Shown here: piece after piece, positions 61,793 through 64,000 of the stretch
How positions within the stretch are numbered: the first letter of the stretch is position 1
How the letters are laid out: the number at the start of each line of letters is the position of its first letter
Virus record (IMG/VR): IMGVR_UViG_3300042564_005549
Coordinates: 17,705 to 81,704 of that record
DNA: 64,000 nt
Strand: one strand, 5' to 3'
Source: a virus
Translations under genes and position numbers: made by a program
Notes under the pieces: generated by a model
What the model saw: only the letters and a program-made list of their open reading frames with translations
Told to the model about the DNA's origin: nothing
The model's database searches: none

Positions 61793-62065
61793 ATGAGTAA
61801 TACTATTGTTATTTTTACTTTAAAAACTTGTGGACATTGTGCCGACCTTAAAGAAAAATTAACTGAACTTTCAATTCCATATGAAGAATTGGAAATAAAT
61901 CAAAATAGACCTATTTGGGACCAAGTGGTTAGTCAAACAGGTCATAATTTACTTCCAACCGTCTTTATAAAAAAAGAAAATGATGACACGGGACCTATTT
62001 TTATCCCGGGCAGAGACTTCCAAAGTCGAGATGAGGTCATAGAAATTATAAAAAATTACGTTTAA
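61793..62065 (+). CDS. Glutaredoxin-like protein
   Basis: CGHC active site and LPTVFI. Confidence 0.8.
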   Translation: MSNTIVIFTLKTCGHCADLKEKLTELSIPYEELEINQNRPIWDQVVSQTGHNLLPTVFIKKENDDTGPIFIPGRDFQSRDEVIEIIKNYV

Positions 62066-62068
62066 AAC

Positions 62069-62097
62069 AAAAAGGGATTAAAAAAATCCCTTTTTTT
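62069..62097 (+). terminator. Rho-independent (possibly bidirectional) terminator
   Basis: aaaaagggatt/aatcccttttt stem flanked by A- and T-runs. Confidence 0.75.
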
Positions 62098-62147
62098 ATG
62101 CTGACATCTCAAATAAAAAGTATTTATGTAAAAGACTTTACTTTTAG

Positions 62148-62921
62148 ATGGCTTTACAACAAATTAATTGGTCGCAAATTGACACAAGGAATGTCCCGTC
62201 AGGTTCTCAAACAGATTTGGGAACCATTTCTGGTTCGTTACATTCAATATATGCTGACCACATATACATCTCAGGACAATTATTATCAAATAGTGATGAA
62301 CTAAATCAATGGTCCGCATCTATCAAAGAATCAATCGAGACCACAGGTTCTAATCTCACAGTAAAAGGTAATTTATTAGTAAAGGGTACAACAACCGCAA
62401 TTAATTCAACCACAGTTTCAATTGGAGACAATGTGATTGAGTTAAATGGTACTGAAGCGGGTTTTGGAGGTTTATTAGTTAAAGACCCTACTGCACCAAA
62501 CACAATTTCAGGTTCATTACTTTGGGATACTGCCAACGATAAGTGGATAGGTGGTCCGTTGGGTGATGAAGAAGGGTTTATTCAGGAAACTGAATTTACC
62601 AACTTTTCAAGTTCAGTTAGTACAACAATCGATGAAATTGGAATTTGGAGAGAAACGGGTTCATTCTACGCAACTACTCACGATTTACAGGTGACAGGTT
62701 CAATGAGAATCAAAGGAGATTTATTTGTTGAGGGAAAAACAACCTTAATACAGAAATTAGACCCGAATGTGGAATCTTTAGTGGTATCAGGGGCAATGAA
62801 TATCGTTCAAAACCAAATAAGTTCCCAAGTGATTGCCGCGTCTCTTAAAATACAGGGGTTAGGTGAGTTAGCAGATGTCAGCAAATTTGCGATAATTGAT
62901 TGTGGAGACGGATTTTTTTAA
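62148..62921 (+). CDS. Tail-fibre-like virion protein
   Basis: GNL.V.GTTT.INST.V.IGDN.I.LN fibre motif; TATTTAT upstream. Confidence 0.65.
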   Translation: MALQQINWSQIDTRNVPSGSQTDLGTISGSLHSIYADHIYISGQLLSNSDELNQWSASIKESIETTGSNLTVKGNLLVKGTTTAINSTTVSIGDNVIELNGTEAGFGGLLVKDPTAPNTISGSLLWDTANDKWIGGPLGDEEGFIQETEFTNFSSSVSTTIDEIGIWRETGSFYATTHDLQVTGSMRIKGDLFVEGKTTLIQKLDPNVESLVVSGAMNIVQNQISSQVIAASLKIQGLGELADVSKFAIIDCGDGFF

Positions 62922-62963
62922 ACGAAAAATAAAGTATTTATATAAAACAAAGTAAAACACATT

Positions 62964-64000
62964 ATGGCACAAATAATTAAACATAGAAGAGGTGGTATAT
63001 CAACCCTTAAAGATGTTACTGCTAGAATAGGTGAATTGGTGATGACTACAGGGTCAATTAATGACCTCAATGGACCAATGGTGTTCATTGGTGAAACTGA
63101 AGGAGTTGCCGGTGCTTACAGACCCGTATCTAAAATCTACCAAGGTGCAACAGCACCAACAATTTCGGTTGGTTCATATGGTTCGGTTGTTGATGGTACT
63201 CCCTTCTACGCTTCAGGTAATAAATCATTATACGTTTTAAGTCAGGCAGGAAATAATAGACTTGATTTAACGGGTAATATTGAAGGTAACACGATTAGTG
63301 GATTAACCATCAATAGATTAAATGGTAATTTAGAACTTAACGGTGATTTATTCATTACCGGTAGTACTTACCAAACAGGTTCTATCGATTTAACAGGTAA
63401 TGTTAAATTAGGTGGAAATATTACTGTCGGTGATTCAACAACTGATTTCGTTGCATTCGGTGCTGAGATTAGTTCATCAATAGTACCTGATATTCATAAT
63501 GCGTTTGACTTAGGTTCTACTGATAAGAATTGGAGAAATTTACACGTTAGTGGTACTGCGTATATTAACACGTTAGAGGCTCAAACTATATCACTTGATG
63601 GTATCACAGTATTTGATGACTTAATAGTTCAAGGAGACACTTACTTAGGTAATGGTGCAGGTGATGAAGTTTTCATTACAGGTAACACATATGTTGGTAA
63701 CTTAACTGATAATAGAGTTGTAATTGCGGGTACAAATGGATTGTTAGAAGACAGTGCTGATTTCACATTTGACGGAACAACTTTAAAAGTTGGTTCAGGA
63801 CATTTTGAAATTGCACAATCATCTGGTAACGTTAGAACTTCAGGTTCAGTATATGCTGAAGGATTGGGTACATTCCACAATGGATTATCGGTAAGTGGTG
63901 TAACAAATCTTTATGGAACTTTAGAAGCACATAGTACTTCTGAACTTAAAGGTTCTGTGGGTATCAACTCAACATTAGATGTTACAGGTTCTGTATATTT
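62964..64000 (+). CDS. Long tail-fibre-like protein, 3'-truncated (not in the ORF track)
   Basis: ATG 62964 starts MAQIIKHRRGG...IGELV (Mtd-N-like start); G/S/T-rich beta-repeat sequence, apparently open to the window end; TATTTAT at 62935. Confidence 0.75.
   Translation, partial: MAQIIKHRRGGISTLKDVTARIGELVMTTGSINDLNGPMVFIGETEGVAGAYRPVSKIYQGATAPTISVGSYGSVVDGTPFYASGNKSLYVLSQAGNNRLDLTGNIEGNTISGLTINRLNGNLELNGDLFITGSTYQTGSIDLTGNVKLGGNITVGDSTTDFVAFGAEISSSIVPDIHNAFDLGSTDKNWRNLHVSGTAYINTLEAQTISLDGITVFDDLIVQGDTYLGNGAGDEVFITGNTYVGNLTDNRVVIAGTNGLLEDSADFTFDGTTLKVGSGHFEIAQSSGNVRTSGSVYAEGLGTFHNGLSVSGVTNLYGTLEAHSTSELKGSVGINSTLDVTGSVY

Noticed and set aside
1-64000. Stop-codon reassignment, as seen in some huge phages
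   Set aside because: Conserved genes are full length in code 11, and TAA, TAG and TGA all end genes at sensible positions.
1-64000. tRNA or rRNA genes, IS elements
   Set aside because: I recognised no cloverleaf/T-loop pattern in the short intergenic gaps, and no transposase or terminal inverted repeats.

Overview
This is a 64-kb piece of a very large, AT-rich tailed phage genome (jumbo/huge myovirus-like, standard genetic code, almost all genes on the + strand). The host is probably Bacteroidota: the phage has a Bacteroidota-type sigma70, an Hc1-like protein, a SprB repeat, a Q-rule signal peptide, D-S/T-hydrophobic sequons and no obvious Shine-Dalgarno sites. Gene order: (1) the 3' part of a baseplate-hub-like gene and small late genes; (2) a replication block (gp32-like SSB, RecA/UvsX, 5'-3' exonuclease, DnaB helicase, NrdB/NrdA); (3) a 24-kb baseplate/tail block with gp25, gp6, a 1941-aa wedge protein with Pro-Thr repeats, a stand-alone Hint protein and four Pro-Thr-linker proteins; (4) RuvC, primase, PD-(D/E)XK nuclease and Mre11/Rad50, the last two separated by four genes including a UDP-sugar dehydrogenase and an NlaIII/IceA-like endonuclease; (5) ClpP, envelope proteins, sigma70, an amidase-like protein and putative head-cargo polyproteins; (6) a DNA adenine methylase, NusG, an AAA ATPase, thioredoxin, glutaredoxin and fibre genes running off the 3' end. 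Most notable observations: a degenerate Hint fold inside the giant wedge protein next to a stand-alone Hint gene; a CATG-family restriction enzyme in DNA that appears purged of CATG and GATC; a candidate -1 frameshift; two candidate structured ncRNAs; and a TATTTAT late-promoter motif that implies leaderless mRNAs. All family calls come from motif recognition by eye; no searches or counts were run.
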